Positions 11,924-25,238 of a stretch of DNA of 64,000 bases are shown piece after piece. The number at the start of each line of letters is the position of its first letter. The first letter of the stretch is position 1. A program made the translations under genes and the position numbers. Origin of the DNA: Leucoraja ocellata. Lineage: Eukaryota. The DNA is taken from assembly GCA_036785375.1 (NCBI GenBank), contig JAWMAR010000030.1, positions 992,001 through 1,056,000 of the forward strand. The letters are read 5' to 3'. A model generated the notes under the pieces. That model was not told where the DNA came from, did no database searches, and saw only the letters and a list, made by a program, of their open reading frames with translations.

Positions 11924-14900
11924 AGTAACACTTCAATCTCTGACATGACTCGGTTTACCATACAAATGGAACTCCAATGTTGCAAGTTATTACTTCTCCC
12001 CTGAAAGCTTGTTTATCTACCTTCAGCAAAATGAAAGGGCAGACACAATTTCATGCAATGTTAGTTTCAAACCACTGGTTCATTAACGATATTAATTCTT
12101 TGATAAGTACACATTTTAACATGACACATTGGAGTTATATCTCTGAACAGAGTTTGGCAATTATTAATATTTGACAGAATCAGATCTTAAGTGAATCAAT
12201 TAAACCAGCTTTCACAATTTTAACAGAGATAACTGCTTCAGACTACAATTTCTACACGACAAAGACGGCCATTCAGCTTTTTTGAAACTTGACAGGTCAA
12301 ACAAAAAGCGAAACAAAAAGCACCTTCTAACCATCATCTCTCCTCTTTACTTGTCAGATTTACTTTACTAGTGTCTCCACTGAAATGTATTCCCCGTGCC
12401 AACTGCCACAAGGTGATTTTTCATGTCTTGTCAAAAAATATCTTCTATTCGTTCCATATTAACATGTCACATTTGGTGATCAGGCCATTTCTACAGACAT
12501 AGATGGGCATGGTGCTCATGATGGTGTGGCTTTCATGTCCACATGATAACAAAGGTCAAATCTGTAATGTCAGTGTATTCAATGCATCAAATAGATTCAT
12601 GGCAAAAACGCAGAAATTGGTTTTGCTGTGAAAGTGTTGCAAAGAGGTATCATTGCAAATTTTAAATCTCAAGTAATCTTTTCTATACATTTAAGTATCA
12701 GGTCTCCTTGACTCCTGCTACACATGAGTAGCCAATACATTTTCGAACTGTTTCCAAGTGTGAAAATGCCCAATTTCTCAAACCATTGAAACATTTGGCA
12801 AAGTGATCATGGGGAACTTCTGAAGTTCAGCAAACTGCATCACTGTTCATGGACACTGCTTCATTTCACAAGAGATCTTTTTATTAAGCCTAGATATTTT
12901 GTAGCACTCAGGAAACACACAAACATTGACTGAAGTTATTCTAAGTCCCATCAAGTCCTCTAGAGAAAACTGATGACAAACGGATCTGCTTCACTGAAAT
13001 ATTACTTGAAAATGCATTCTGTTTAATACAGAACAAGCAATAAAATTACACATTAAAAATCAAATGGAAAATAGAACTGAAGGTGCATGCCTGCACATTC
13101 TGATACACATAAAATTAAAACCTGAAGTAAAATAATTAATTAATTGATAAATTGGGCAATTATACAATATGCTGCTTTGATGATGGCTTTGAAAAGTAAC
13201 CCATGAAAGTACTAGGCTTGCAAGAGTAAAATAATAAGCTTTTCTTGCTTCCAAGTAAGAATTTAATTGTTCCATGACAACAAAACACTGGACTCTCGAG
13301 TTTCCACCTCTGCTCCACAATCCCAAAACTGAACTGAACCAGGTCCTCGGAGTGACTGGTCAATCCCCTTACTCTTGGTAATTGTGACTCACTAAGTATT
13401 GGAAACTTCACGTCTTGTCTACTTTTTAACCGGTAAACAATAGTTAATTACTGCTAGTTAAAGTAACAATGAAAGGAAACACTGTAGATAAGTCAATAAG
13501 TCCTGGAATTCGTCAATAGATCAGGCTGCATCGGTGGAGTGAGAAGTAGTTCATATCAACATGGTTAAAGAACGACTGGCATGTTTGGCTTGATGAACTC
13601 ATGGCAAGAGGCAGTCCATCAGGTTTTAATAATTGAAGGTTTTTTAAACATAAAATTAAAATTGATCCTCTCTGCAATTTGTCTCTTAATCCCAACATTC
13701 TGAATGAGGATCCAGACCTGAAATGTCCTCTGGAGATGTTGCCTGATCCACTGCCTTACTCTACCACTTTAGTGTTCCACACATTCTTTCCCACCATTTA
13801 CTCTCCCTCCTTGATTTAAGATCGACATGACCCAGTCTGTACTTCCTTCAGTCTCTATCCTATTAATCATACAGTTATTACAAATATACAAATGCCCACA
13901 CTCGTGCAGAATACAGATTAACTACAAAAACCAACATGCACATTTAGTTGTTTGACACATCATCTTCCCTACACTACAGAGGGCAATCAGGAAACTGCTG
14001 AACCAAATATTAAAATCTAATCATATCAAGTGCAGCTAACAGCAGATACAGTTATACAGTACATCTTGCTTCTGTGCATTACAGACCAAATAAATTACAT
14101 ACACTGTCTGAAGGACAAATCTTGGTCAGCATAGACAGGTTGGGCCAAAGGGTCTGTCCCTGCGCTGTGTAACTATGAAAATATAGCAACATTCAAGAAT
14201 CCTAGGCACATTAAGTATTCACTATTTCATTTTATAACCCCGAAGGTCAACTAAAAACTAAAACACGGAACTGTAATTAGTATCCAAATGCAGTCCATTT
14301 CTATCACTATTTAAAGTGTTTTTTTTATTAAAGTAATATTCTGTAAATCTACACATCACTTTTTTTTATATCATTCATTTAACAATCTTAATATTCACAG
14401 CATTTAACTCACGTTGCTACAGTTAGTCTTTGTTTGCAAATCATCTCGAATTTAGGAACCTAATGCGCAAGTTCCGTCTACAAAGGATATTTTTCAAAAA
14501 TAATTTCACTAAATTAAGGAGGCATTTGATGCAGAACCAGATCCCCAAGGTTCAAACAAAAAAATGCTGTAACAAAGCCTTGATTAGACAGTCAAGTTAT
14601 ATTTGAAAACATTTACCGACAACCATTCATCCAGAGACTAAGAACAATCCCCGCAGTTATTTTCTTTTAATTTAGGAAATGCAAAGAACACATAGTGCTA
14701 TGTAGTGCTCCATAATGTTGAATTATTTTGTTCTAATCCATTTGCAACATATATTTTTTTGATGGGTTCGAGCTTTTAAAAACATGTACATCCCAAAGTT
14801 TAATTCAGTGCTTTGTATGCTCATTTAGCAACTTGGTTAGACTGCATTAATATACTAAGTTTTCGCTCTCTGCATTCCTGTGTTTTTCTGCCTCAATTAC

Positions 14901-15339
14901 ACTTTTTTTTTAGAAAATAGATAGTCTCATATCCCTTTTAAAGCAATTTTTTCCCATACTGAGATTCATATAATATACGTATCATCCAAAACGTTTGGCA
15001 TTAAGATTTTTTTAGTGCAATCTAAATTAATACTTTAAGAGGTAGGGTCATGCTAGTTGGAAAAGCAGCAGGATTACCAGTTGAATCCGAAACATTGTCA
15101 GTCCATTTCCACACACTGGAGTGTGTGACCCATCAAATTTATCCAGGACTTTGTTTTTCCACTAGTTGGCGAACTAGGTTTTTTTACATAATCAATCTGA
15201 ACATCATTTTCACAAACTCATCAAAACTGGATTATTGAAGAGTTTCAAATGAGTAGAGTAAATATGCATGTTGGCTTTTGTAGACAAATCTGTATTCCGC
15301 ATCGTGGAAATAGACACATAGCTTATTTAGATCTGTCCA

Positions 15340-15497
15340 GGAAGGAACTGCAGATGCTGGTTTACACCGAAAATAGACACAAAATGCTGGAGTAACTCAG
15401 CAGGACAGGCAGCTTCTCTGGATCGAAGGAATGGGTGATGTTCCAGGTGACCTGAAATGTCACCCATCCCTTCTGTCCAGAGATGCTGCCTGTCCCA
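15340..15497. mobile_element. Penelope-like terminal repeat fragment (inverted)
   Basis: ggaactgcagatgctgg..acacaaaatgctggagtaactcagc and an inverted ccagagatgctgcctgtcc. Confidence 0.7.
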
Positions 15498-17472
15498 CTT
15501 AATTAGATCTTTCAGTCAAGTTTGCAGAGCCCAAAGCATGGTGAATCTCTCAGAAGGTAACAGTCCTAAGAAACCAAAACATTAACTGTTATGAAGTATG
15601 TCTTGTTATATAAATGACCCAAGAATCTTCAAATCTACTTATGTGCAGTTTCCGAGAAATTTTCGGAGCTTCATGCCAAATTTAGTTCTGTGAATTTGTA
15701 TGGTTACAATGCATCGCAGTGTTGCGAGTGTGAAATTTGTATGTCCTTGAATTTTACACAATACATATGTTTCCATGGTACAATGCTTGATGAATTCTGT
15801 ACCGATTATTTTCATGGTGAAGTGGAGCCAAACCTTCAAAAACTATTAACTAAAAATGTAAACAAATAAGACAGCATCATGTGACACATTTATCATTGTA
15901 TCCTTTTTCACGCTATAATGGCTCAGTGGGGTTTTTCAAAATGCAATAATTTTGAAAAATAAACAATTCTCTTTACAATATCATAATAAGACATATTCAA
16001 CTGTAATGGATGTGGTATAAGCACCATACAATAACATATATGCATTAATTCTCTGCGGTAAAAGAGCTCATTTTAATTTTGCAAGGATTCTTATCAAGTC
16101 TATATGTATCATGCAATGTTGATACGAACCACTAACATGCCAGTATGTTTTTCTTGATTCATTATCTACTTTATGCTACCTTTAGAATAAAAACGATCCA
16201 TGTCTTTCAACTATGAAATAAGTTGTGTCTCATCAATGGCAACTAATTGCCTGTACACATTCCTTCTGTGAGATGCATATAATACCAACATAGCGGACTT
16301 TATCATCCATATGATTGAAAGGGTATCTGGAACACCATCACATGGATGCTACTTTGATCACTTTTATGGGAACAGCCAGCCATTGAAATCAGCTTTCAGA
16401 TCATTAGGAAACAAAGCATATGACCCGAGAAATTATTTTTGCTTAAATTAGCAATTAACACAGATTTGTGTCACGCCCCAGTCATCAAGTAAAAACCGTG
16501 ACTAAAACAGCTGAACAGCTCATTGTAATTATTAGGTCATAGATAGTATTTTTCTGTGCATTGTTATATCAAAAGTCAATATTAGGGATGTATATGGATA
16601 GTGTTTCTGGATAAAATGATTTTCAATGACATCTGCTGAATAGCTGGAGGTGGTTTTGATACCCCCTCCCACCCCCACTCCACCGGCCACCTTCATTGAA
16701 TGAGATTGAATGAGCAGAAATGACTGACAGCATCCTTATTGACAAGGATCCAGGTTCTTTAGAATTGAATTTATGAGCTTTTCAGACAAGCAAACTTCAA
16801 GAGAGTAGGTAGTTCAATTGCTTGTCTGGAGCAGATTGCAAACCTCTCCTCACCTACAGAAATACACAGACCTGGACTCTCAGCCGTCACCTGATGATTT
16901 CCAGCCATTTCTTTGAAAGCGTTGATTCCACTGCTCTCTGTCCCACACAAATGGCCGAAGACCATGGCTTACCATTCATTTGACATCAACATTGGCGTTG
17001 ACATTCTGTATTAGATGGTAGAGCCAGACTTTAAAAAAGTAACAGACCTGCTTCTCAATTTTAAGGACGCCTCGAACTTGTGACAAGCTTGAAGCCAACA
17101 AGAAGTCTGCAATACATTTCTTCTGATTTGCCCCTTATTGTACTATTTTCTGACAGGAGGAGTGACAAGTCTGGGAACTTTTCCACTGTGTGTTCCTGTT
17201 GTAAGTTTAAGTTAATCAATGTATCATGGTTTGTAAACAAACACATTCAAATTATGATATATAGAAACAATGGAAAGATGCACATTATAGTTATCAGACT
17301 AAAAGGAAATCTTTCAAGTCTAGATGATGCATTATAATTCAATAGCTTTACTGTAGATCATGTGTAGCAATGCCACTCAAGAAATGAGATGCTCACTGCA
17401 GAATTTAAGTGCTATTACTTACATCCTTGGAGATAAAGTGCGATGATATGCTCTTTGTGGATAGAACCTTAC

Positions 17473-17573
17473 CTTAGTAGGTTGAAACTAAGATCTAAGC
17501 GTTTTGTGAAAAGTCCATGTTTGCTGCCAAGTTGTTCAGGGATTGCTTCACATTCTTGACTGATGTAAGAAAC
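17473..17573 (-). CDS. lrmda: lrmda coding exon 2 (101 bp)
   Basis: Minus strand: tgcag|GTT TCT TAC ATC...CTA CTA AG|gtaagg = [34 protein letters not shown], matching human [34 protein letters not shown] including the first LRR (LDLSFNLL). In phase with exon 1. No further lrmda exon was recognised, so 1-17472 is probably intron 2. Confidence 0.93.
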
Positions 17574-17944
17574 CTGCACAACACAAATTATTTATTTTAA
17601 ATATTAAATACATTTGAAATAAGCAGATTAAATTGGCATTTAACATTTCTGTATATCTAAATGCATTTCGGCACTGTTTGGGAAATGGTGTACAAACACA
17701 TGGATACACGTGTTATCTTTAATATAATTGAAACTAGATTATAAAGTTTTTAACAAGTAAGATGAGTGTGATTAAAGATAAGTAATGAACCCATTTGCTT
17801 GTCGGTGTGGGTTTGATGGGCTGAGGACCCTGTTTCCGCCCTCTGCCTCTCTGACCACTGGACTGTGAATTTACAAATGAACAGGTTAGTGAAATGAAGG
17901 AAATAAGAGCAGCAAACTTTGTTGTGGGTAGGATGGCAATATTA

Positions 17945-18310
17945 CATAGAAACGTAGAAAATAGGTGCAGGAGAAGGCCATTCGGCCCTCCGAGTCAGCA
18001 CCGCCATTCATTGTGATCATGGCTGATCGTCCCCTATCAATAACCCGTGCCTGCCTTCTCCCCATATCCCTTGACTCCACTATCCCCGAGAGCTCTAACT
18101 AACTCTCTCTTAAATCCTCCAGTGACTAGGCCTCCACTGCCCTCAGTGGCAGGGAATTCCATAAATTCACAACTCTCTGGGTGAAAACATCTTTTCTCAC
18201 CTCAGTCTTAAATGACCTCCCCTTTATTCTAAGACTGTGGCCCCTGGTTCTGGACTCACCCAACATTGGGAACAATCTTCCTGCATCTAGCTTGTCCAGT
18301 CCTTTTATAA
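17945..18310 (-). mobile_element. CR1/HER1-like LINE 3' fragment
   Basis: catagaaacgtagaaaataggtgcagga..ggccattcggccc tail. The minus strand encodes the RTRGHSLRI..VVNLWNSLP-type C-terminus. Confidence 0.8.
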
Positions 18311-19184
18311 TTGTACAGTAAAATTAAAGAGGTCTGCATTTACGATGAATAATTCTTCATTCACTTTTTTAATCCACAGTAGAGAATTGGTGATTCAGTA
18401 AATCGCTCGAAGTTGAAACACAGCAGGGAATGCATTGAAAACTCAGCTCAAAACCGTTCTGTCTCTCTATATTCACCTCCTTCAGAATCTGTTTAATGCA
18501 CCGTTTGTCACCTCAAACATCTGATCTGTGACTTGGGGCCACATTCTCCCTTCTGCTCAGGGGTGTCTTGGATTGTTACTAACAACACCACATAGTCACG
18601 GGTTCTGACATCACCCATCATCAGAATCAAGAACACAGTTGCTCCCCCCTTGGTGGCACCAATCATCACTAATGTTCTTCAGAAAATAATCCACTACAAC
18701 TTCAGACGTACAGCAACATTGATGTCTTTTACATGCTTTCCGGGGTGACCCAGCAAGCCATCAGCTGCATACAACAACCAACATTAAAACATATTGTGAT
18801 TGAAACTACCATTGATTTCCGCATCAAGCTCAGATGCAGCAAAGTCATTTACAACCAAGTCAATCCACCTCATGAACATTTAGGGATTGTCCACTGCACT
18901 CATAGAACTATACCTTGAAGTCACAATTTCATCTTAAAACACAATATCCAGTTATGTCCTTACCCAATTTCAGGCAGAGCAGTCAGAGGTGATCATAAAG
19001 TGATATCCAGCAAGCCCTGGTAGCACCAACGTGAATGAGAATCCTCACGGCAAAAAGCAAGGAAATTCCCCTCCACTCCTTTGCTCAGCTTCAAACTGGA
19101 CACTGCTCCATGTTGAACAACACTTGGAAGAAGCACTGAGAGCATCGAGTCCACAAAAAGTATTCTGGACAAAGAACCCCATCA

Positions 19185-19461
19185 GGGGCGGCACGGTGGA
19201 GCAGCGGTAGAGATGCGGGTTCGATCCCAACTACGGGTGCTGCCTGTACGGAATTTGTACGTTCTTCCCCATGGTTTTCTCCGAGATCTTCGGTTTCCTC
19301 CCACACTCGAAAGATGTACAGGTTTGTAGGTCAATTGGCTTGGTATAAGTGTAAATTGTCCCTAGTGTGTGTAGAATAATGTTAATGCGTGGGAATTGCT
19401 GGTCGTCACGGATTCGGTGAACTGAAGGAACGGATTCTGCGCTGTATCTCTAAACTAAACT
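19185..19461 (+). mobile_element. HE1-like tRNA-derived SINE, near full length
   Basis: ggggcggcacggtgg, B-box gggttcgatccc, conserved core, (taaac)n tail. Confidence 0.85.
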
Positions 19462-19752
19462 GTGCAGGGCATCTTCATAAGCATGTCCACACCACCTCGC
19501 TCAGACACAACTCAAATGGTTCAGCCAATGTTACAACTACTACTTTAACCCAATTTTCTTAAGCAAAATTAACGCAGCCACAAAAAACAAGTTGAAGTTA
19601 CTGAATTTAAGAAGTGAGGTGGTCCTTTTCTATCATCCTCAACAAAGTAAACAAAATAATTTTTGCTCCTTAAAAAAACAAAAGTTACCAACATTACTAT
19701 TCACAGGACAAGAAACAGCAATATAAAATACATTGTCTGAATACATTGTCAA

Positions 19753-19885
19753 AGTCTGAAGAAGGGTCTTGACCTGAAACGTCACCCATTCCTTCTCTCC
19801 AGAGATGCTGCCAGTCCCATGGAGTTACTCCAGCTTTTTGTGTCTATCTCCGATTTAAACCAGCATCTGCAGTTCCTTCTTACAC
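19753..19885 (+). mobile_element. Penelope-like terminal repeat with hammerhead-like core
   Basis: gtCTGAAGAagggtcttgacctGAAACGTCacc, followed by the family repeat. Confidence 0.75.
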
Positions 19886-21069
19886 TATGTAAAATACATG
19901 CAAGCTTCCAGTCTCTGAAGAAAGATTTATTTTATTTTGATTACCAAAATGGGGAGTTTCTACCTCAGATTTCCTCTCAGCGACAGGAAGAAGATAAAAG
20001 TCAGGCTTTTATACGAGGACAGCTTCACAGAAGCAGGCACAAAAATATGTTAACAGATCACTTGGCCCTGCTCCCAGTTGAAACAAATAAGCAGCGGGAA
20101 ACGTCTTTGAAGAGTGTGGAAAGAATTCCACCTCCATATAAAAATCTTTAGAGAACTTCTCCTTCAAAGAAAGAACACCATAACACGTGTAGAGAAAGTT
20201 GAAAACTGCTTAATTGGGGGGGGAGGGGGGGGAGAGTTTTGCTTTGTCTTAAATTTCCAAATAGAAATTAATTTAATATTTGCTCAAAGATTTTGTGATA
20301 AGTTAGCGCCAATGCTCAACAGATATAGTTCATTCTGTGTATAATACTGTGAATTAGTAATCGCTGGTTTCATGCATTTCCAATTCCACGTTAACTTCAG
20401 AAACTCAAATGAAAGTTATCAGCTGCAGGGTAAATCATCAAAACTATTCATATCAAAAGATGTGAACATACACATGCACAGTGCTTTTGTGTACTGTCGA
20501 AAAAAAGTACTGGGCACAAAACAAACAGGCACTTGAGAAGCATTCAGCATTAGAATCACATGATAAAGAGGAATGCTCTTTTCTTGAGAAGCGAGATGGC
20601 ATATAGGTCAATTAATTAGCAGGGTCGACTCATTCAACAATCTGTCCTCTGTTCAATCCGATATAATTAACAGACTGGTTTGACCATGAATACAGTCAGG
20701 ACCGAGCATACCTCGATAAAGCAATGAAGATGAGAACATCAGAAATTCGCAGAAAGTCATTGGGTCCTTCACAAATTTAAAATAGAACTGCAGCTTTGTT
20801 ATCTCACCTGCAAATGACTCTCATCGGTTAAATACAGTAAACATGGAGATTCTAAACACTAAACGAGAGTAACGCAACCAGTTGCTTATCCAAATAAGAA
20901 CCCTGCCTCAGTGACAACGTTTACTCTCTGTTCTCTACAGAATATATCAACGCTGAATTAAATGTCCGATTGTCATTAGAAAGGTACAGGTGGCAGGCCC
21001 AGAGAAATACATACATTTACATAATCGTGGACCTGGCCTGAGTAAGCAATGTACAGAGAATGTGACCAT

Positions 21070-22025
21070 TCACATGTTCACAAGTCCCAAGAGCAGAATT
21101 AGGCCATTCGGCCCTTCATGTCTACCCTACCATTCAATCATGGCTGATCTATATTTCCCTCTCAACCCTATTCTCATCCCTTCTTTTATAACCCATGACA
21201 CCCTTACTATTCAAGAATCTGTCAATCTCCATCCATCTTAAAAATATCCATTGACTTGGCCTCCACAGCCCTCTGTGGCACTGAATTCCACAAATTGACC
21301 ACCCTCCGGCTAAAGAAATTCCACCTCATCTCCTTTGTGGCAGAAGCAGAGAGATAGAATTGTACCACACAGTAAAGTAAAAATCAACCGTTAACTGAAC
21401 AAGTGGCAGACAAGTTTGATTATTTGTCAATTCAATATTTGTCAGTTTGTTATTATTAATAGTGAGAGAAAAAAACCTTGGATGAACATTATGTATTAAA
21501 GTACCTCCAAAGTCCTTCAGCCCAACTTACCCACACCGGCCAATATGTCCCAGCTACACTAATCCCACCTCCCCGTAATTGGTCCAAACCTGTCCTATCC
21601 ATGTACCTGTCTAACCGTTTTTTAAAAGTTGGGATAGTCCCTCCTCAACTACTTCCTCTGGCAGCTTGTTCCATGCACCAACCACCATTGGGTCAAGATA
21701 ATAGCGTTCACGTTGCGGCCCCGTTTCCACCAATCTTTCCACCACTATGCACAAGAAGCACAAGACAGACACCATTGTATGCAGGTGCCGAGAAGTGTGT
21801 TCGGTTCTGGCTGAACAACTTCTGGTCTTGTGTGTGGACTCGACAAGAATAAGACCCACAACACTTTGTGTGAAAAGGTTACTCCTCAGATACCTATTAA
21901 ATCTTTTCCTGTCAACACCTTGTAGCTATGTCCTCTAGTCCTTGATTCACCTACTCTGGGCAAGAGACTGTGCATATACCCAATCTATTCCTGTCATGAC
22001 CTTATACACCTCTTATACACCTTGT
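21070..22025 (-). mobile_element. Two CR1/HER1-like 3' fragments (21070-21335; 21505-22025, with an insert at 21689-21858)
   Basis: ggccattcggccc tails. Minus-strand translation VGAWNKLPEEVVE. Confidence 0.7.
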
Positions 22026-22209
22026 AGCAAAGTAGAAAAGTGCCCCAACTATAAAATACTGTTACACATTCACAATGAAAATTATTTGATTTTCAATGAT
22101 ATCCATTCATTGTTAGTGCACATGTCTACTGCATTTCAAATGTAGTTAACTCAATATAAAACATTTTGGAATATGATGATCAATTATGCTTTTCTTTAAG
22201 TTTACTACC

Positions 22210-22521
22210 TTAGTTTAGAGATACAGCACAGATACAGGCCCTTCGGCCCACCGAGTCCACCCCGACCAGCAATCCCCGCACACGAACACTATCCTACACA
22301 CACCGGGGACAATTTTACACATACACCAAGCTAATTAGCCTATAGCCCTGTACGTCTTTGGAGTGTGGGAGGAAACCGAAGATCTTGGAGAAAACCCACG
22401 CAGGTCACCGGGAGAACGTACAAGTTCCGTACAGACAGCACCCGTAGTCAGGATCGAACCCGGGTCTCTGGTGCTGGAAGCACTATAAGGCAGCAGCTCT
22501 ACCGCTGTGCCACCATGCCGC
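22210..22521 (-). mobile_element. HE1-like SINE, full length
   Basis: Reverse complement of the 19185 element, with ggatcgaaccc B-box and (gttta)n tail. Confidence 0.85.
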
Positions 22522-22879
22522 TCTCAAATTATTGGTATCAAATCAGTTCGAAAACAAGTCAAAGGTGCAAGAGATTGCAGATGCTGGAATCTGCAGTGAG
22601 AAAAACCAAAGATGTTGGAGGAAATTAGTGAGTCAAGCGGCATCTTTGATGAGAAATAGACTGCTGACATTTCAGGTCGAAACCCTTCATCTAGACTGAA
22701 TGAGCAGTGGAACAATAGCCAACATAAAGAAGACGGTTTCAAAATATTAAATTAAATCAAAACAGTAATCTGCTGTTAACCTCACAATCAAAGAGTTGGC
22801 CAATGATCATAGTCTCTGATGGACGAGAGAGAGCAGTGAAGGTCAGCACTCCCACAACATTTTAGAGCTAGCAGAGGAC

Positions 22880-23200
22880 TTATGGGAGAGTCTAGAACCA
22901 GATATCATAGCCTCAGAATTAAAGGACATTTCTTTAGGAAGGCGATGAGGAGGAATTTATTTTATTAATCTGTGGTATTCATTGCCACAGAAGGCTGTGG
23001 TGTTCAAGTCAATTGATATTTTTAAGGCAGAGATAGATAGGTTCTTGATTAGTATGGGTGGCTGGGGTTATGGGGAGAAGGCAGGACAATGGGGTTAGGA
23101 GGGAGAGATAGATTAGCCATGATTGAATGGCAGAGTAGACTTGATGGGCCGAATAGTCTAATTCAGCTCCTATCACATGAATTCCCATAAAAGACTGTGA
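22880..23200 (+). mobile_element. CR1/HER1-like LINE 3' fragment
   Basis: gagtctagaaccaga..tttaaggcagagatagatag..gccatgattgaatgg. Confidence 0.75.
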
Positions 23201-24387
23201 CCAATTGCTGGTTAACGGAATTAGTATACTTGGGACCTTGATGTTTTCGTGGACACATTTCAATGCTATATATGTCCACAAAAATTGCTTTTATTTGATC
23301 GGCAAAAGATGCCAGTACGCATACAATAGTTCATCTCGCTATTAGCTGCTGCACATCAATCTAGTTTTTACATTTTTTCGAAGTGCCCAAAGACTGTATT
23401 GGCACATACTGTCATGAAAAAAACAATGACTGACTACCTCGTTTTTTTAAAACTAATTCTAACTTTGAAAATTATTTTTATTTTACCATTCCAATTCTTG
23501 GGGGCTCATGTTATTGACCTCCCCGTGGTGAGCCCTGTCAACTGACGAACGACAACAAACAGAGACAGCAGCAGAAATAATGCAACCTCAGTCGCCACGG
23601 CTTGGCGCCAACCTGGAGCATGCGCCCTTTTTAGGGTCAAACCGGGTAGCATCACCCTGCTGCAGCTGAATGCGGAAGGCCAAACTTGCTATAGCGCCTG
23701 GAGGGCATTAAATAACTTCTGCTGCCTCAAACGCAAGAAGACGACCTGGTACTACAAGTACCGCACATTAATTTGCAATTCCTCATGACATGAAAAAATG
23801 TTATTACTGAAAGAGTAAAACTTCAAACTTTTTAAAACTCTGATCAAGTAACTTTGGGTACCCAGTTGTGGCTTGGAATCGTAAACTAAACAAACAGCAA
23901 ATAACTTTCTTGAAACAATAAGCTTTAAAATTCCACATGAATGTAACGTTTTGTTTGGTATTTTAAAAGGAATATAAAACAAGTTTGAGATTAAATATCC
24001 AGCTTTCAAACCTATTTATCTCCATCATGAAATGGAAAGACACCCGTCCATTAAAAGGTCTTTGTAATAAAATTGGATAAATGAATCATCAAACACATAG
24101 TAATGTTTCTCATTTGATTTGACCAATGTTATAGAACAGTAAAATGGCTCCAATTTCCCAATTCGATTTTTTTTTACATCTGACCAATATACATAATGGT
24201 ATTTTACATAAAAAATGTTGTCAAAGTGTTTCATTTGTTCAAGTTAAATGTACAAAAAAAAAGAAACTGATACTGGAGACTGAAAATAGAAAATGCTGGA
24301 AAATGCAGGTAAAGCAGCATATGTGGAACGAGAAGCAGTCAACATTTTGGGACTGAGGCCCTTTCATCAAAATACCTTTTTATATAT

Positions 24388-24728
24388 AATTGAATTGAAT
24401 ACATTTTATTAGCCTAGTATGTATACCTACAAGGAATTTGCCTTGGTGCTTTGCTCGCAAGTAACAACATGATATACAGTAGACAATTAATAATAAAACA
24501 TTATAATTTAAACATGTGAAGAATTAAATAAAGTACCAGAGCACATGGAGGCTACAGACTTTTGGCTGTCGAGGAGAGCTATTGCTCGTGGAAAAAAAGC
24601 TGTTTTTAGGTCTGGTTGTGGCAACTTTGACAGTCCGGAGTCGCCTTCCAGAGGGAAGTGATTCAAAGAGTTTGTGGCCAGCATGAGAGGGGTTAGAGAT
24701 GATCTTGCCCGCTCGCTTCCTGGCCCTT
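24388..24728 (-). mobile_element. Rex1/Babar-like LINE 3' fragment
   Basis: RARKRAGKIISNPSHAGHKLFESLPSGRRLR, same family as 58542-59790. (ttcaa)n tail. Confidence 0.8.
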
Positions 24729-24877
24729 TTCAATCATCTTTTCAAACAAGCTTTCACTGTTCCAGAGAGTGATGGTGCTGAGAATGCTGATCGACATGAT
24801 TAAGAGTTTTTGATACTCAGTGGGCAGTCCAAATCATCATGGTCCGACTTGGAAGTGACATTAACACATATCTGTAA

Positions 24878-25090
24878 TAGGCACAAAATACTGGAGTAAC
24901 TCAGCAGGACAGTCAGCATCTCTGGAGAGAAGGAATGGGTGATGTTTCGGGTCGAGACCCTTCTTCAGGCCGCCCAAAACATCACCCATTCCTTCTATCC
25001 AGAGATACTGCCTGCCTGTCCCGCTGAGTTACTCCAGCATTTTGTGTCTATCTTCAATTTAAATCAACATCTGCTGATTTTTTCCCACAC
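24878..25090. mobile_element. Penelope-like terminal repeats in inverted arrangement
   Basis: Same structure as 11701-11923. Confidence 0.75.
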
Positions 25091-25238
25091 CTTTAACACA
25101 TATCTGTATCTTGAAGGTTCCTTTATTACGGAATCAACTTGTCCTTCTGACACATCAATCAACACTTCAAAAACTGGTCACGATGGCATCATGGAACAAT
25201 ATTTTTTAAAGTAGAATTTAATCATATTTCCTGATAGG

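Noticed and set aside
18640-18662. CTCF-like site (ccaccaaggggggagc on the minus strand)
   Set aside because: Spacing deviates from the core consensus, so it cannot be supported without ChIP data.
19185-19240. tRNA genes suggested by A/B-box motifs
   Set aside because: These are SINE heads: no cloverleaf, and each continues into the SINE core.
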